Made by a program: the position numbers and the translations under genes. The notes beneath the pieces were generated by a model. It saw only the letters and a program-made list of their open reading frames with translations, searched no databases and was not told the origin of the DNA. Source: an uncultured delta proteobacterium (GTDB lineage: Bacteria > Desulfobacterota > BSN033 > UBA1163). Taken from it: a stretch of DNA of 64,000 nucleotides. Numbering within the stretch: position 1 is the first letter of the stretch; every line of letters starts with the position of its first letter. Below are positions 39,134 through 50,158 of the stretch, piece after piece. Where the stretch lies: positions 256,001 to 320,000 of the forward strand of contig CAWHBU010000002.1 of NCBI GenBank assembly GCA_963827685.1, in the 5' to 3' direction.

Positions 39134-40714
39134 ATGAAATTATCTAAGTCTAAACGTCTATGGGTTATCATATTGATCGCACTCTTGTTGTTTGCCGCAA
39201 AGGCCTATTACGACACCAACTCCATCGAGGTCAGGCATTACCAGATCGAAAATTCATCATTGGGAGAAGTTTTAAATGGTTTAAAAGTGGCCCACCTTTC
39301 GGATCTTCACGTCAAAACCATCGGTTTGAGGGAAAGCAAGATATTAGAAATCCTGAAAGAAGAAAAACCAGATCTTATTTTTATTACTGGGGACTTAATA
39401 AGTTTTCAAGGACCTTATGAACCGGTGATGTCATTTCTCTATCAATTGAAACCTCCTCTTGGTGTTTATGCTGTTTTAGGCAACACAGAATATTCCAATG
39501 AAAATGGTTCATGTACCCTCTGCCATAAAGAAAAGTCAAGAAACTTAAAAGAGAGTCATGGTGTAGTTTTTTTGAGGAATTCCTCTGGACCTTTAAAAGT
39601 CAATGGAAAGGTCATTAACATTATTGGAGTGGATGACCCTGTTTTGAAAAAGAGTGATTTGAAAATTGCACTGAAGGGGGCGAACCCTGATCATCCATCA
39701 ATTGTGTTGGCCCATTCCCCGGAGATTTTTGACGAGGCATCTGAATTTGGATTTGATCTTCTTCTCAGCGGCCATACCCACGGAGGCCAAATCTTTCTCA
39801 CTAAGTATCTCAGAAAGATATTTCCTCTCGAAGCGTCTCTCGAATTCATCGAAGGATTCTTCCAGAAGGGAAAGCTGCTGATGTATGTAAGCCGAGGCAT
39901 TGGAACGAGTTACGTTCCTTTCCGTCTCGGTGTAAAACCTGAAATCACCTTCTTCAAGTTCTCGAATAATACGAGTAAAGAAAAGATGCGAATGGCCCAA
40001 ATGGACAAAGCAAACCAGTCAAATTCATCCCGTGAAGTGCCAAGCCTATTTCACTGGGACTCAACCAACCCAAGTAACTCAACGAACCAAACAAGCTCAA
40101 TGAACTCAACGAACCGAATAAGCTCCCTTCTAATCTCCAACCATCCTTCCAATACTATCTTTTCAGGCATTAGCATTTCTTCTATATTGGAGACTTTCGA
40201 TCTTCTGAGTATCATTCGCAAATCATTTGCATCGAATCATTCGCGAGATTCAAATATTTTATTCGACTTCGAATCAGATTCTGATTTAAAGCGGCTGAAC
40301 TGGCAGTGCCATAAATGGTTCGAGCTTTCCGAAGAACATGCAACCTCCGGTAAACATAGCCTTAAGGTTATCCTACCACCAGGTCAATATCCAGGAATAA
40401 GTTTTAAAGATATAAAGAAGAATTGGTCGAGCAGCCATTATTTTAAAATGGATATCTTTAATCCTTCAGATGAGACATTAAAGTTTCATATCCGCATCGA
40501 TGACAACAAGAGCGGTTGGGAATATGCCAACCGTTTCGACATTAATTTCTATTTAAGACAAGGAACAAACTGTGTTTCAATTCCTGTAGATTCAATCAAA
40601 ACGAATATCGATCATCGGCCTCTCAATTTAAAGAAAATAAAAGGGATGATGGTTTTTGTTCCCAATAGTACGAAAAAAAGAGAGATCTATCTCGACAACA
40701 TCCGATTGGAATAA
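39134..40714 (+). CDS. Metallophosphoesterase with C-terminal beta-sandwich/CBM-like domain
   Basis: SDLH, TGD, LGN, AHSP and SGHTHGGQ motifs; C-terminal domain ends IYLDNIRL. Confidence 0.8.
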   Translation: MKLSKSKRLWVIILIALLLFAAKAYYDTNSIEVRHYQIENSSLGEVLNGLKVAHLSDLHVKTIGLRESKILEILKEEKPDLIFITGDLISFQGPYEPVMSFLYQLKPPLGVYAVLGNTEYSNENGSCTLCHKEKSRNLKESHGVVFLRNSSGPLKVNGKVINIIGVDDPVLKKSDLKIALKGANPDHPSIVLAHSPEIFDEASEFGFDLLLSGHTHGGQIFLTKYLRKIFPLEASLEFIEGFFQKGKLLMYVSRGIGTSYVPFRLGVKPEITFFKFSNNTSKEKMRMAQMDKANQSNSSREVPSLFHWDSTNPSNSTNQTSSMNSTNRISSLLISNHPSNTIFSGISISSILETFDLLSIIRKSFASNHSRDSNILFDFESDSDLKRLNWQCHKWFELSEEHATSGKHSLKVILPPGQYPGISFKDIKKNWSSSHYFKMDIFNPSDETLKFHIRIDDNKSGWEYANRFDINFYLRQGTNCVSIPVDSIKTNIDHRPLNLKKIKGMMVFVPNSTKKREIYLDNIRLE

Positions 40715-40904
40715 CCCGTAAACACTGCAAGCCGCAAGGTGTTAAGGGTAGGCAGAATGAAACTTAAACGGCAACACTGCAGAATAGCAGCACCGCAGAG
40801 CATGGACACCCAGTCCTCTGTCCACTGTTTTTCAAATTCGCCTCGCACCTCACGCCTGACGCTTTGAATCTATCGCTAAGCGCTACAGATTTTAAGGTCT
40901 AATT

Positions 40905-42881
40905 ATGTGTGGCATCGCCGGAATTATTGATTTTGGCTCCTCCGAGCCAAAAGAACAACTCCTTCGTCGTATGCTGGGGTTTATCCGTCATCGTGGCCCC
41001 GATGCATTCGGCATTTATACAGATCGGATTGCGGGAATAGCCTCCGCTCGGCTGAGTATTATCGACCTTAGTGGTGGAGACCAGCCCATTCATAATGAAG
41101 ATCAATCCATTTGGGTCGTTTATAATGGAGAGATCTTTAACTACCCAGAGATTCGGCAGGATCTGGAGGCTCGAGGTCATAGATTCTACACTCGATCCGA
41201 TACGGAAGTCTTGGTCCACTTGTACGAAGACGAAGGCCCGGAGCTTTTCAAAAATCTTAACGGCCAGTTTGCCTTCGCTCTATGGGATAAGTCAAAGGAA
41301 TGTTTACTTCTTGGTCGCGATCGCATTGGCATTCGCCCCCTTTTTTATTATCTGGAAAATGACCGTCTGGTTTTTGGTTCGGAGGTGAAGGCTATATTTG
41401 CAGACGCAAGGGTTCCCAGATCCCTCGATTTCCAAACCTTATCAGACGTATTTACCTGTTGGGCGCCCTTGGGACATCTCACAGCTTATCAAAGAGTTTA
41501 TCAACTCCTCCCAGGGCATTATGCACTGTTCTCACGTCAGGGAATGGTTACCCGTCCTTACTGGCAACTCTCCTTTTCAGAATCATACGATAATGGGGCT
41601 CGTTCCCTGGGTGAATGGACTGATGAATTGGCAGCACTCTTGTGCGACGCTACCAGAATTCGTCTTCGCGCAGATGTCCCTGTAGGATCTTATCTTAGCG
41701 GTGGACTGGATAGTACCTATATTACTTCTCTTGTAAAACGGTTTTTTAATAATAAACTCTGCACCTTTTCGGTTAGTTTTACAAACAGTCGTTTCGATGA
41801 AGCCTCATATCAGGAGAAGGCTGTTCGGTCCCTACAGACCGACCATCAAACCATTCGTTGTACGGAGAAAGATATCGGAGAAGTTTTTCCTCAGGTCGTA
41901 TGGCACACCGAAGCACCCATTCTTCGCACAGCGCCAGCTCCTCTGTTTATGCTTTCCAAATTGGTTCGAGAAAACAACTTTAAAGTAGTTCTTACGGGGG
42001 AAGGATCCGACGAAATCTTCGCTGGTTATGATATATTTAAGGAAGATCGAGTACGGCGTTTCTGGGCTCGGAAGCCAGAATCCCGAATGCGCCCAAAGCT
42101 TCTCAGAAGACTCTATCCTGACGTATTTCGCAAAGAGGATTCCCGGGCGGGAGCATTTCTTGAGGGCTTCTTCAGGAGGGGGCTTGACCAGGTGAATTCT
42201 CCAGCTTATTCTCACATGATTCGCTGGGAGAATGCTAACTTCATAAAGACGTTTTTTGCCGATGAACTACAAAAAAGGATTGGATATGAAGATGGTTTTG
42301 TCAACCGATTTATATCTATGCTTCCTCAAGACTTTTTGAAGTGGGATCCACTTTCAAGGGCTCAATATGTGGAGATTTCCATTTTCCTTTCGAACTACTT
42401 GCTCTCCTCTCAGGGAGACCGCGTAGCGATGGCACACTCCGTAGAGGGGCGGGTACCTTTTCTTGATTATCGGGTCATTGAGTTTGCATGCAAGGTTCCC
42501 CCGCGATTTCGTTTGAACGGTCTTAAAGACAAGTATATCTTACGTAAAGCCGCCCATAACCTTATTCCAGCAGGAATGGACAATAGGCCAAAACAACCCT
42601 ATCGTGCACCCATCAGCCAATGTTTTTTGGGAAATCATAATCATGATTATGTAGAGGAACTACTTTCAGAAGGTGCGCTTCGGCAAACTGGATATTTTCA
42701 CCCAGGCAAGGTAGCAAAACTTTTGGAGAAATGCCGGAAACAGGAAGGATACCTGCTGAGCGAGCGCGAAAACATGGCGCTGGTTGGAATTATTTCCACC
42801 CAGTTGTTGGATTATCAATTTGTTCGAAATTTTCTAAAGTACCCAATTCACGAACCAGAAATTGTTAAGACTTTCAGATAA
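40905..42881 (+). CDS. asnB: Asparagine synthase (glutamine-hydrolysing) family amidotransferase
   Basis: MCGIAG, HRGPD, RLSIID, NGEIFNY, LSGGLDS, GEGSDE and EGRVPFLD motifs. Confidence 0.92.
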   Translation: MCGIAGIIDFGSSEPKEQLLRRMLGFIRHRGPDAFGIYTDRIAGIASARLSIIDLSGGDQPIHNEDQSIWVVYNGEIFNYPEIRQDLEARGHRFYTRSDTEVLVHLYEDEGPELFKNLNGQFAFALWDKSKECLLLGRDRIGIRPLFYYLENDRLVFGSEVKAIFADARVPRSLDFQTLSDVFTCWAPLGHLTAYQRVYQLLPGHYALFSRQGMVTRPYWQLSFSESYDNGARSLGEWTDELAALLCDATRIRLRADVPVGSYLSGGLDSTYITSLVKRFFNNKLCTFSVSFTNSRFDEASYQEKAVRSLQTDHQTIRCTEKDIGEVFPQVVWHTEAPILRTAPAPLFMLSKLVRENNFKVVLTGEGSDEIFAGYDIFKEDRVRRFWARKPESRMRPKLLRRLYPDVFRKEDSRAGAFLEGFFRRGLDQVNSPAYSHMIRWENANFIKTFFADELQKRIGYEDGFVNRFISMLPQDFLKWDPLSRAQYVEISIFLSNYLLSSQGDRVAMAHSVEGRVPFLDYRVIEFACKVPPRFRLNGLKDKYILRKAAHNLIPAGMDNRPKQPYRAPISQCFLGNHNHDYVEELLSEGALRQTGYFHPGKVAKLLEKCRKQEGYLLSERENMALVGIISTQLLDYQFVRNFLKYPIHEPEIVKTFR

Positions 42882-43165
42882 ATAATGCAAAACGGATCCG
42901 TTGGAATGATAACGGCAGCCAACAGGACCCTCGAGCGCTTGAATCGTTGACGTCTTTAGAACACCTTACGCTTTATGTTTGACGTTCGTTATTGAATTTA
43001 CCATGCGCTCTGCTTCATGCATTGTTAAAGCGGCACCGCGGCACCGCCACACATATAAAATCACCTTAGCCCATCGGCTTGCGCCTTACGCATAACTTAG
43101 AAGACTCAATAACCCAATAAACCCAATGACCCAATCAACTCAATAAACCCATAGTGGAGTTAACC

Positions 43166-44809
43166 ATGCCAGAATATTCATCTACTCCCACAGGTGAAAA
43201 ATTTCCATTACCGGAGTCGGGAGACTACATTAAAGAGTTCGAGCGATTACGAGAAATGGCAAATAGCCAACGTGCTTTAGGCCGGGAGATCGTTTTAGTA
43301 ATGGGGTTGGGGTTTGTAGGGGCTGTTATGGCAGCTGTGATTGCTGACGCAGAAGATAAGAAAGGCAATCCTACAAAGTTCGTTATTGGGATGCAGCGGC
43401 CAAGCCCTCGGAGTTATTGGAAGACACCTTTGCTTAATCGTGGAATATCACCGGTGAGTTCGGAAGATCCTGAGGTTCCATTGATGATCAACCGCTGTGT
43501 CAATGAAAAAAAGACGCTGATGGCTACGTACACATACGATGCGCTCAAGCTTGCAGATATAGTGGTGGTGGATGTTCAATGCGATTATTTAAAAGAATCG
43601 CTTGGGAATGTGAAGGATGGTCGGGCAGGTATGGAGGCATTAGAGGAGTCTTTGGAGATCATAGGGCAACATATCAATCCGGAGACGTTGGTTTTGATCG
43701 AGACAACTGTGGCTCCGGGTACAACAGAACAGGTGGCGTACCCGATCATAAAAAAGATGTTTCGGAAACGTGGCATCGAAAAAGACCCGCTCCTCGCCCA
43801 CAGCTTTGAACGGGTAATGCCAGGGAGAAATTATGTATCGAGCATCCGCGATTTCTGGAGGGTATGCAGTGGAGTAAATGAAGAATCCACGCGGAGAGTT
43901 GCCAAGTTCTTGAACGAAGTGCTGAATACGGAGAAGTTTCCATTGACAGTACTCGATAGACCTATCGAGTCTGAGACAGCCAAAATCGTTGAGAATAGCT
44001 TTCGGGCAACGATTCTTGCTTTTCTCGACGAGTGGAGCCTTTTTGCAGAACAAAATGGTGTGGACTTAATCAAGGTGATCAATGCAATCAAGGTCCGCCC
44101 TACACATAGCAATATCATATTTCCGGGGCCGGGCATTGGTGGTTACTGCCTTCCTAAAGATGGTGGCTTAGGTCTTTGGGCATACCGACATATCCACGGA
44201 TTTGAGGATAATATTTTTAAAATGACACCACTTGCGATCGATATTAATGATACCAGGTCACTTCATGTGGCACAACTTGCCCGTGATGCACTCAGGAACA
44301 TGGGGCGACCCATTGCATCCGCAGAGATTCTGGTGCTGGGAGCTTCTTATAGGGAAGATGTAGGAGATACAAGATACAGCGGCTCTGAGTTGATCGTCAG
44401 GCGGTTGACAGAAATGGGAGCAGAATTGAGGGTTCACGATCCTTATGTGCTCCACTGGTGGGAATTTGAAAAACAGGATGAGTATCCTGTCTCTTCACAT
44501 AGTTTGAAGAGATTTTTCCGTGGCCAGGAGAAACTAAAAGATCTTCGGGTAGAACAGGATGTGAAAAAGGCATTGCGTGGTACGGACGCGGTCATTCTTG
44601 CGGTAAGGCACAAACATTACTTGGATCTTGATCCGGACGATGTGGTGAAAAGCGCAGGCGGGTCGATAGCCGTGATTGACTGTTTCGGTATCCTCGATGA
44701 CAAAAAGATAAGACGCTACTTCGAACTTGGATGTGAGGTCAAAGGTCTAGGCCGGGGGCACGTAAAACGAATCAAGGATCAAGTGCAGAGGGAAAAGAGT
44801 AACAAGTGA
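43166..44809 (+). CDS. Nucleotide-sugar dehydrogenase
   Basis: GLGFVG, ETTVAPGTT, ERVMPG, KIVENSFR, GPGIGGYCLPKD and YREDVGDTRYS motifs. Confidence 0.9.
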   Translation: MPEYSSTPTGEKFPLPESGDYIKEFERLREMANSQRALGREIVLVMGLGFVGAVMAAVIADAEDKKGNPTKFVIGMQRPSPRSYWKTPLLNRGISPVSSEDPEVPLMINRCVNEKKTLMATYTYDALKLADIVVVDVQCDYLKESLGNVKDGRAGMEALEESLEIIGQHINPETLVLIETTVAPGTTEQVAYPIIKKMFRKRGIEKDPLLAHSFERVMPGRNYVSSIRDFWRVCSGVNEESTRRVAKFLNEVLNTEKFPLTVLDRPIESETAKIVENSFRATILAFLDEWSLFAEQNGVDLIKVINAIKVRPTHSNIIFPGPGIGGYCLPKDGGLGLWAYRHIHGFEDNIFKMTPLAIDINDTRSLHVAQLARDALRNMGRPIASAEILVLGASYREDVGDTRYSGSELIVRRLTEMGAELRVHDPYVLHWWEFEKQDEYPVSSHSLKRFFRGQEKLKDLRVEQDVKKALRGTDAVILAVRHKHYLDLDPDDVVKSAGGSIAVIDCFGILDDKKIRRYFELGCEVKGLGRGHVKRIKDQVQREKSNK

Positions 44810-44901
44810 CGAATAAAAAGTGATGAGTGACGAGAATTAAGAAATTGATTAATAACTCATTCACATGATAACTTGATAACCCAGAGAACCCAAAGAACCC
44901 A

Positions 44902-46386
44902 ATGAACCCAGATACTCGAAAAACCAAAATACTCAGTGATGTTTATGCTGTCATCCTTGCGGGTGGGTCTGGGACAAGGTTTTGGCCTCTAAGCAGGGAG
45001 ACTCGTCCCAAACAAATGCTTCAGATTGTGGGAGAAGACACCTTGCTTCGGCAGACCGTTAATCGTATCGATGGATTAGTCCCCCCAGAGAATATCTGGA
45101 TTGTGACAACAGAAGACATGGCTTTAGATATTCGTTTCCATTTGGAATCATTTGGAGAATTAGCAAAGAAGATTAAATTTATCAAAGAACCTATAGCGAA
45201 AAACACAGCTCCAGCAATTGGTTTGGCTGGTATTTATCTCAATCATTTATTCCCTCAATCGGTGATGATTGTGATGCCTTCTGATCATGCCATTCCTGAT
45301 AGAGAAAAGTTCTTAAGTGACTTAAAACTCGCAATCCAAGGGGCGAGAGAAGATCATCTTGTGACTTTTGGAATCAAGCCGAGCCGGCCTGAAACTGGTT
45401 ACGGATATATCAAGGTTGAGAACGCTTCAAATATCGAGAAAAAAGGTCTTCGCAAGGTTGAATGCTTTGCTGAAAAACCTGACCTTGAAACTGCAAAGAA
45501 GTACCTTTCTAATGGGAGCTATTACTGGAACTCTGGGATCTTCATCTGGAAGACCTCCAAAATCCTCTCCGAAATCGAAAAATATCTTCCCGACCTTTAC
45601 AAGGGTTTAAAAGAAATGGAGTCGCTTCTGTTTGAACCCAATCAACCCAATAAACCCAACGAGCCCAATAAACTCAATAAACTCAAGGAACTCTATTCTC
45701 ATTTGGAGTCCATTTCTATCGATAAAGGCATCATGGAGCGCAGTCGTAACATCCTAATGGTTCCTGCCACTTTTCAGTGGTCTGATTTGGGGAGTTGGAG
45801 CGCTCTGGATGAAATCATTGAAAAAGATAAAGAGGGAAATATCCTCAAGGGGAATACAATTGATATCGGGAGCCAGAACTCAACTATCTATGGAGGCGAC
45901 AGACTCATTGCCACTATTGGGCTTAAGGATATGGTAGTGGTAGATACTCCTGATGCGACTTTGGTAACTCCAAAGGAGAGGGTCCAGGAGGTTAGAAAGA
46001 TTGTTGAGATATTAAAACGGAATGGTCGAGAAGAGCATCTGCTACATAAGACGGTTGAAAGACCCTGGGGGAGCTATACGGTGTTGGAAAAGGGACAGGG
46101 ATATAAAATCAAGAGAGTTGTTTTGAAGCCCGGAGCCAGATTGAGTCTTCAACTCCACAAGAAAAGAAGTGAGCACTGGGTCGTAGTAACGGGAACAGCC
46201 AGAGTAACGAAAGAAAATGAGACATACCTGGTTCATATCAATGAAAGCACTTACATTCCTGTAAACACTAAGCACCGTTTAGAAAATCCTGGGGAAGTTC
46301 TCCTCCAGATCATCGAAGTTCAAAACGGAGAATATCTCGAAGAAGATGATATAGAGCGCTTCGACGACGACTATGGTAGAATTTAG
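44902..46386 (+). CDS. manC: Mannose-1-phosphate guanylyltransferase/mannose-6-phosphate isomerase
   Basis: ILAGGSGTRFWPLSR, NTAPAI, PETGYGYI, WNSGIF, WSDLGSW, RPWG and cupin LSLQLH..RSEHW motifs. Confidence 0.93.
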   Translation: MNPDTRKTKILSDVYAVILAGGSGTRFWPLSRETRPKQMLQIVGEDTLLRQTVNRIDGLVPPENIWIVTTEDMALDIRFHLESFGELAKKIKFIKEPIAKNTAPAIGLAGIYLNHLFPQSVMIVMPSDHAIPDREKFLSDLKLAIQGAREDHLVTFGIKPSRPETGYGYIKVENASNIEKKGLRKVECFAEKPDLETAKKYLSNGSYYWNSGIFIWKTSKILSEIEKYLPDLYKGLKEMESLLFEPNQPNKPNEPNKLNKLKELYSHLESISIDKGIMERSRNILMVPATFQWSDLGSWSALDEIIEKDKEGNILKGNTIDIGSQNSTIYGGDRLIATIGLKDMVVVDTPDATLVTPKERVQEVRKIVEILKRNGREEHLLHKTVERPWGSYTVLEKGQGYKIKRVVLKPGARLSLQLHKKRSEHWVVVTGTARVTKENETYLVHINESTYIPVNTKHRLENPGEVLLQIIEVQNGEYLEEDDIERFDDDYGRI

Positions 46387-46480
46387 CACTTAACACAGCT
46401 GCAAAGTGGCGCAGCAGCACCGCAACACTGCGGCGCTTGGTATAACCCCTTACTCCTTACGACCTACGCTTTACGTATTT

Positions 46481-47407
46481 ATGAATAAAACTATTCTCCT
46501 AACCATCGACGTAGAAGATTGGTTCCAGGTAGAAAACTTCAAGGAACACATTCCATTTTCTTCCTGGCCGGAGTGTGAACTGCGCGTCGAAAAAAATGTC
46601 CATAAGATCCTCGATCTTCTCGACTCCATTAAACTCAATAGCTCAATAAACCCAATGGACCCAATAAACCCAATGAACCCAATAAACTCGATAAACCCCA
46701 AAGCAACCTTCTTCATTCTTGGCTGGATCGCAAAACGGTTGCCTCATCTTGTCCGTGAAATTCAAGCCCGGGATCATGAGGTTGCCTCCCATGGATATGA
46801 GCATAAACTTTGCAGAGACCAATCAGTGGATGATCTGAAAAAAGATTTGGTTAAAAGCAAGAAACTTCTTGAGGATTTGATTGGAAATCCCATTTACGGC
46901 TATCGCGCCCCCAGTTTTTCTATCGATAATGGTATCCTGAAAATAGTGGAGGAAGCGGGCTATTCTTATGATTCAAGTTTTAATTCTTTCAAGCTGAATA
47001 GACGATATGGACAAATCAGTCTAACAAATAATGGGAATAATGGGATTTATCATCAAATTTCTGAAAAGTTTTACGAGCTTCCAATCAGCAATCTAAAAAT
47101 TGGAAATCAGGTGATCCCGTGGGGAGGCGGAGGATACTTTCGGCTAATGCCTTTGCCGCTGTTCAAACGAGGAGTTGAGAAAATACTCAAGAAAAAGGGA
47201 GCTTACCTTTTTTACTTGCATCCCTGGGAGATTGACTCTGATCAACCCAAGATTTCGGAGATCGCTCGATCTTTTAAATTCAGACACTATTTGAACCTCG
47301 ATAAAACATACAGAAAGTTATCTATGCTTCTGAAATCATTCAAAGGGTGTCGTTTTCCAACTTGCATGGAGTTTCTTCGAGGTATCCATGAACCAACACC
47401 CAACTAA
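46481..47407 (+). CDS. Polysaccharide deacetylase (XrtA/DUF3473 type)
   Basis: LTIDVEDWFQV, ATFFILGW, HEVASHGY, GYRAPSFS, GGGYFRL and YLHPWEID motifs. Confidence 0.9.
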   Translation: MNKTILLTIDVEDWFQVENFKEHIPFSSWPECELRVEKNVHKILDLLDSIKLNSSINPMDPINPMNPINSINPKATFFILGWIAKRLPHLVREIQARDHEVASHGYEHKLCRDQSVDDLKKDLVKSKKLLEDLIGNPIYGYRAPSFSIDNGILKIVEEAGYSYDSSFNSFKLNRRYGQISLTNNGNNGIYHQISEKFYELPISNLKIGNQVIPWGGGGYFRLMPLPLFKRGVEKILKKKGAYLFYLHPWEIDSDQPKISEIARSFKFRHYLNLDKTYRKLSMLLKSFKGCRFPTCMEFLRGIHEPTPN

Positions 47408-47560
47408 CCCGATAAACTAAAGTAACCCAATGAAACCATTGAACCGCAGCACCGCAGTACAGCAGCACATAATAACTTATTCACTTAATAACTTGACAAC
47501 CCAATGAACCCAAGCAACCCAATCAACTCCAGTAACTCAACAAACTCAATAGACCCGACA

Positions 47561-49126
47561 ATGACTTTAATACATCATTTTCTCGAACGGAGCGCTAATC
47601 TTTTCCCTAACAAGACCGCTCTTGTTCACGGCAATGTAAGGGCTACCTACAACCAGATAAACAACCGGGCAAATAACCTTGCTGTTCACTTAATCGAAAA
47701 TGGACTTACTCCGGGTGACAGGGTTGCGCTCCTCATGGAGAACTGCCTTGAATACGTCATCAGCTATTACGGAATATTGAAAGCCGGGGCAGTTGTAGCT
47801 CCACTCAACAGCGACTTGAAATCGGAAGGGCTAAGAGCAATTCTAACCGAACTTGAGGCCAAGTGTGTTATCTCATCATCAAGATGGGAGAAGCTTTTGC
47901 AGGAGGTGGACTTGGCAGCATGTGGTATTCAAGAACTAATCTTGAGAGCCCCTAAGCTAAAATGGTCATCAGCACCATACGTGGTGAGCGACTTGGATAG
48001 CCTGTCTGAAGCTCGGCAAACACGAAATCCGGATATCCAAATTCAGGAAAGCGATCTGGCAAGCATCGTTTATACATCCGGGTCTACTGGTGGCCCCAAA
48101 GGGGTTATGTTATCTCAACAGAATGTTGTTCACAATACCTTCTCCATCTGTGAATACCTCCATCTTACCCACGAGGACATACAGATGGTTGTTTTACCCT
48201 TTTTTTACGTGATGGGGAAATCGCTTCTAAATACCCATTTTGCAGTGGGCGGATCTATTGTGATCAATAACAAGTTTGCCTTTCCAGCCACGGTCCTCAA
48301 CGAGATGATCTTGGAGAAGGTAACAGGATTATCGGGAGTACCATCGACATTTGCCTACCTTCTGCATCGCTCTCCTCTGGCTAATAGCCGCGATAAGCTG
48401 AGCTCACTCCGATATTGCAGTCAGGCAGGCGGACATATGTCGACGGCAATCAAAGAGGAGTTGAGGCGTGTTTTACCGACTCATACAGCGATTTACGTCA
48501 TGTACGGAGCGACTGAGGCTGCCGCCAGACTTTCCTACCTTGAGCCTTTACGGTTCGAGGGCAAGATGGACTCAATTGGAGAAGCTATACCTGGTGTCAC
48601 CCTGAAGGTTCTGAATGATAGTGGAGAAGAGGTTCCTGTAGGCCAGGTTGGTGAGCTGGTCGCAGCGGGAACCAATATTATGAAGGGCTACTGGAAGAAT
48701 CCGGAGGCTACGGCGAAGGTTTTGGTTGATGGATGGTATCATACTGGTGATCAGGCTTATCAGGATGAGGAAGGGTTTTTCTACCTCATGGGGAGGAAAG
48801 ACGATTTACTCAAAGTAGGCGGGCATCGTATTAATCCCCAGGAGATTGAAGATACACTTATGAAATCAGGAATGTTTATAGAAGCCGTGGTTGTGGATGT
48901 TCCCGACAAACTCCTTGGCAACAAGCTGGTCATCCTGGCGGTTCCAATAAATGGTGAGTGTAGCAAGAACAAGGTCCTCGTTTACTGTGCGGATAAATTA
49001 CCCAAATACAAAATGCCTTCTGATTTGAAATTCATGCGTACACTACCAAAGAAGACCAGTGGCAAGATCGACCGCAATTTCTGCCGTGACCTGTACAAGC
49101 AACTGCAACCAACTTACAGCGGATAG
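47561..49126 (+). CDS. AMP-dependent acyl-CoA/acyl-ACP ligase
   Basis: YTSGSTGGPKG, YGATE, WYHTGD, GRKDD and LPK..SGKI motifs. Confidence 0.9.
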   Translation: MTLIHHFLERSANLFPNKTALVHGNVRATYNQINNRANNLAVHLIENGLTPGDRVALLMENCLEYVISYYGILKAGAVVAPLNSDLKSEGLRAILTELEAKCVISSSRWEKLLQEVDLAACGIQELILRAPKLKWSSAPYVVSDLDSLSEARQTRNPDIQIQESDLASIVYTSGSTGGPKGVMLSQQNVVHNTFSICEYLHLTHEDIQMVVLPFFYVMGKSLLNTHFAVGGSIVINNKFAFPATVLNEMILEKVTGLSGVPSTFAYLLHRSPLANSRDKLSSLRYCSQAGGHMSTAIKEELRRVLPTHTAIYVMYGATEAAARLSYLEPLRFEGKMDSIGEAIPGVTLKVLNDSGEEVPVGQVGELVAAGTNIMKGYWKNPEATAKVLVDGWYHTGDQAYQDEEGFFYLMGRKDDLLKVGGHRINPQEIEDTLMKSGMFIEAVVVDVPDKLLGNKLVILAVPINGECSKNKVLVYCADKLPKYKMPSDLKFMRTLPKKTSGKIDRNFCRDLYKQLQPTYSG

Positions 49127-49306
49127 CGCATAGCGGTTTTGATGGGCCACCCTATAGGATATAACTCAAAACTGGTCCCGTAAGAAGTGGTCAAATTTAG
49201 ATTCCATGATTCAAAGATGAACAGTCGCAATGTCCATGTATCGATTAAGATTCTCGATTACGCTATGCTCTGGCTATACGCTGCGCTCATCTGATGAGGT
49301 ATCCCA

Positions 49307-50158
49307 ATGAACTCAACAAACTCAATCAACCCAAGTAACTTAAAATTATTTACTATAAGCTTGATCATGTCAATCATCATCAGTTGTGGAGGAAAAATGG
49401 ACGAGAAGAAAAAGGTATTTCCGTCAATAAAGGACGTTCCGGAGGCTTCATGGAAGAAGCTTGCCGAGAAGCGCATTTATTTCGGCCACCAATCTGTGGG
49501 ATATAACATTCTTGACGGTATGAGAGACATCATGAAGGAAAATCAACAAATAATATTGAACATTGTCGAAACCAGTAACCCAGAAGACTTTAAAGCCCCG
49601 ATATTTGCCCACTCCCGGGTTGGAAAGAATGAAGATCCCAAATCAAAGTGCGATTCTTTTGCAGATATCATAGAAAAGGGACTTGGAAATAAAACAGACT
49701 TTGCCTTTTTTAAATTTTGTTTTGTAGATATTACAGTTGGAACGAATGTTGAAAAAGTTTTTAATGATTATAAGAGCACAATGTCTGCATTAAAACGAAA
49801 ATATCCTCAAGTAGTTTTTATTCATTTTACGAGTCCTCTTATGACGGTACAAACGGGTATAAAGGCCTTAATTAAAAAAATAATTGGAAGATCTATTGAT
49901 GGATACGATGAAAACATTAAAAGAAATCAATTTAACGAAATGCTAAGGAAAGAATATGAGGGAAAAGAGTTAGTATTCGATCTCGCGCAAATCGAATCAA
50001 CTTTTCCAGATGGGACGAGAGCAACCTTCAATAGAAATGGGAAGACGTATCTGAGATTGGTTTCAGACTATACAAATGATGGTGGCCATCTGAATGCTAA
50101 GGCTCGAAAAAAAGTAGCGGAGCTACTACTGATCCTACTAGCAAATATCTCAAGGTAA
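49307..50158 (+). CDS. Hypothetical lipoprotein, SGNH-like
   Basis: IIISC lipobox-like, YFGHQSVG and DGGHLN motifs; start uncertain (repeat-derived N-terminus). Confidence 0.6.
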   Translation: MNSTNSINPSNLKLFTISLIMSIIISCGGKMDEKKKVFPSIKDVPEASWKKLAEKRIYFGHQSVGYNILDGMRDIMKENQQIILNIVETSNPEDFKAPIFAHSRVGKNEDPKSKCDSFADIIEKGLGNKTDFAFFKFCFVDITVGTNVEKVFNDYKSTMSALKRKYPQVVFIHFTSPLMTVQTGIKALIKKIIGRSIDGYDENIKRNQFNEMLRKEYEGKELVFDLAQIESTFPDGTRATFNRNGKTYLRLVSDYTNDGGHLNAKARKKVAELLLILLANISR

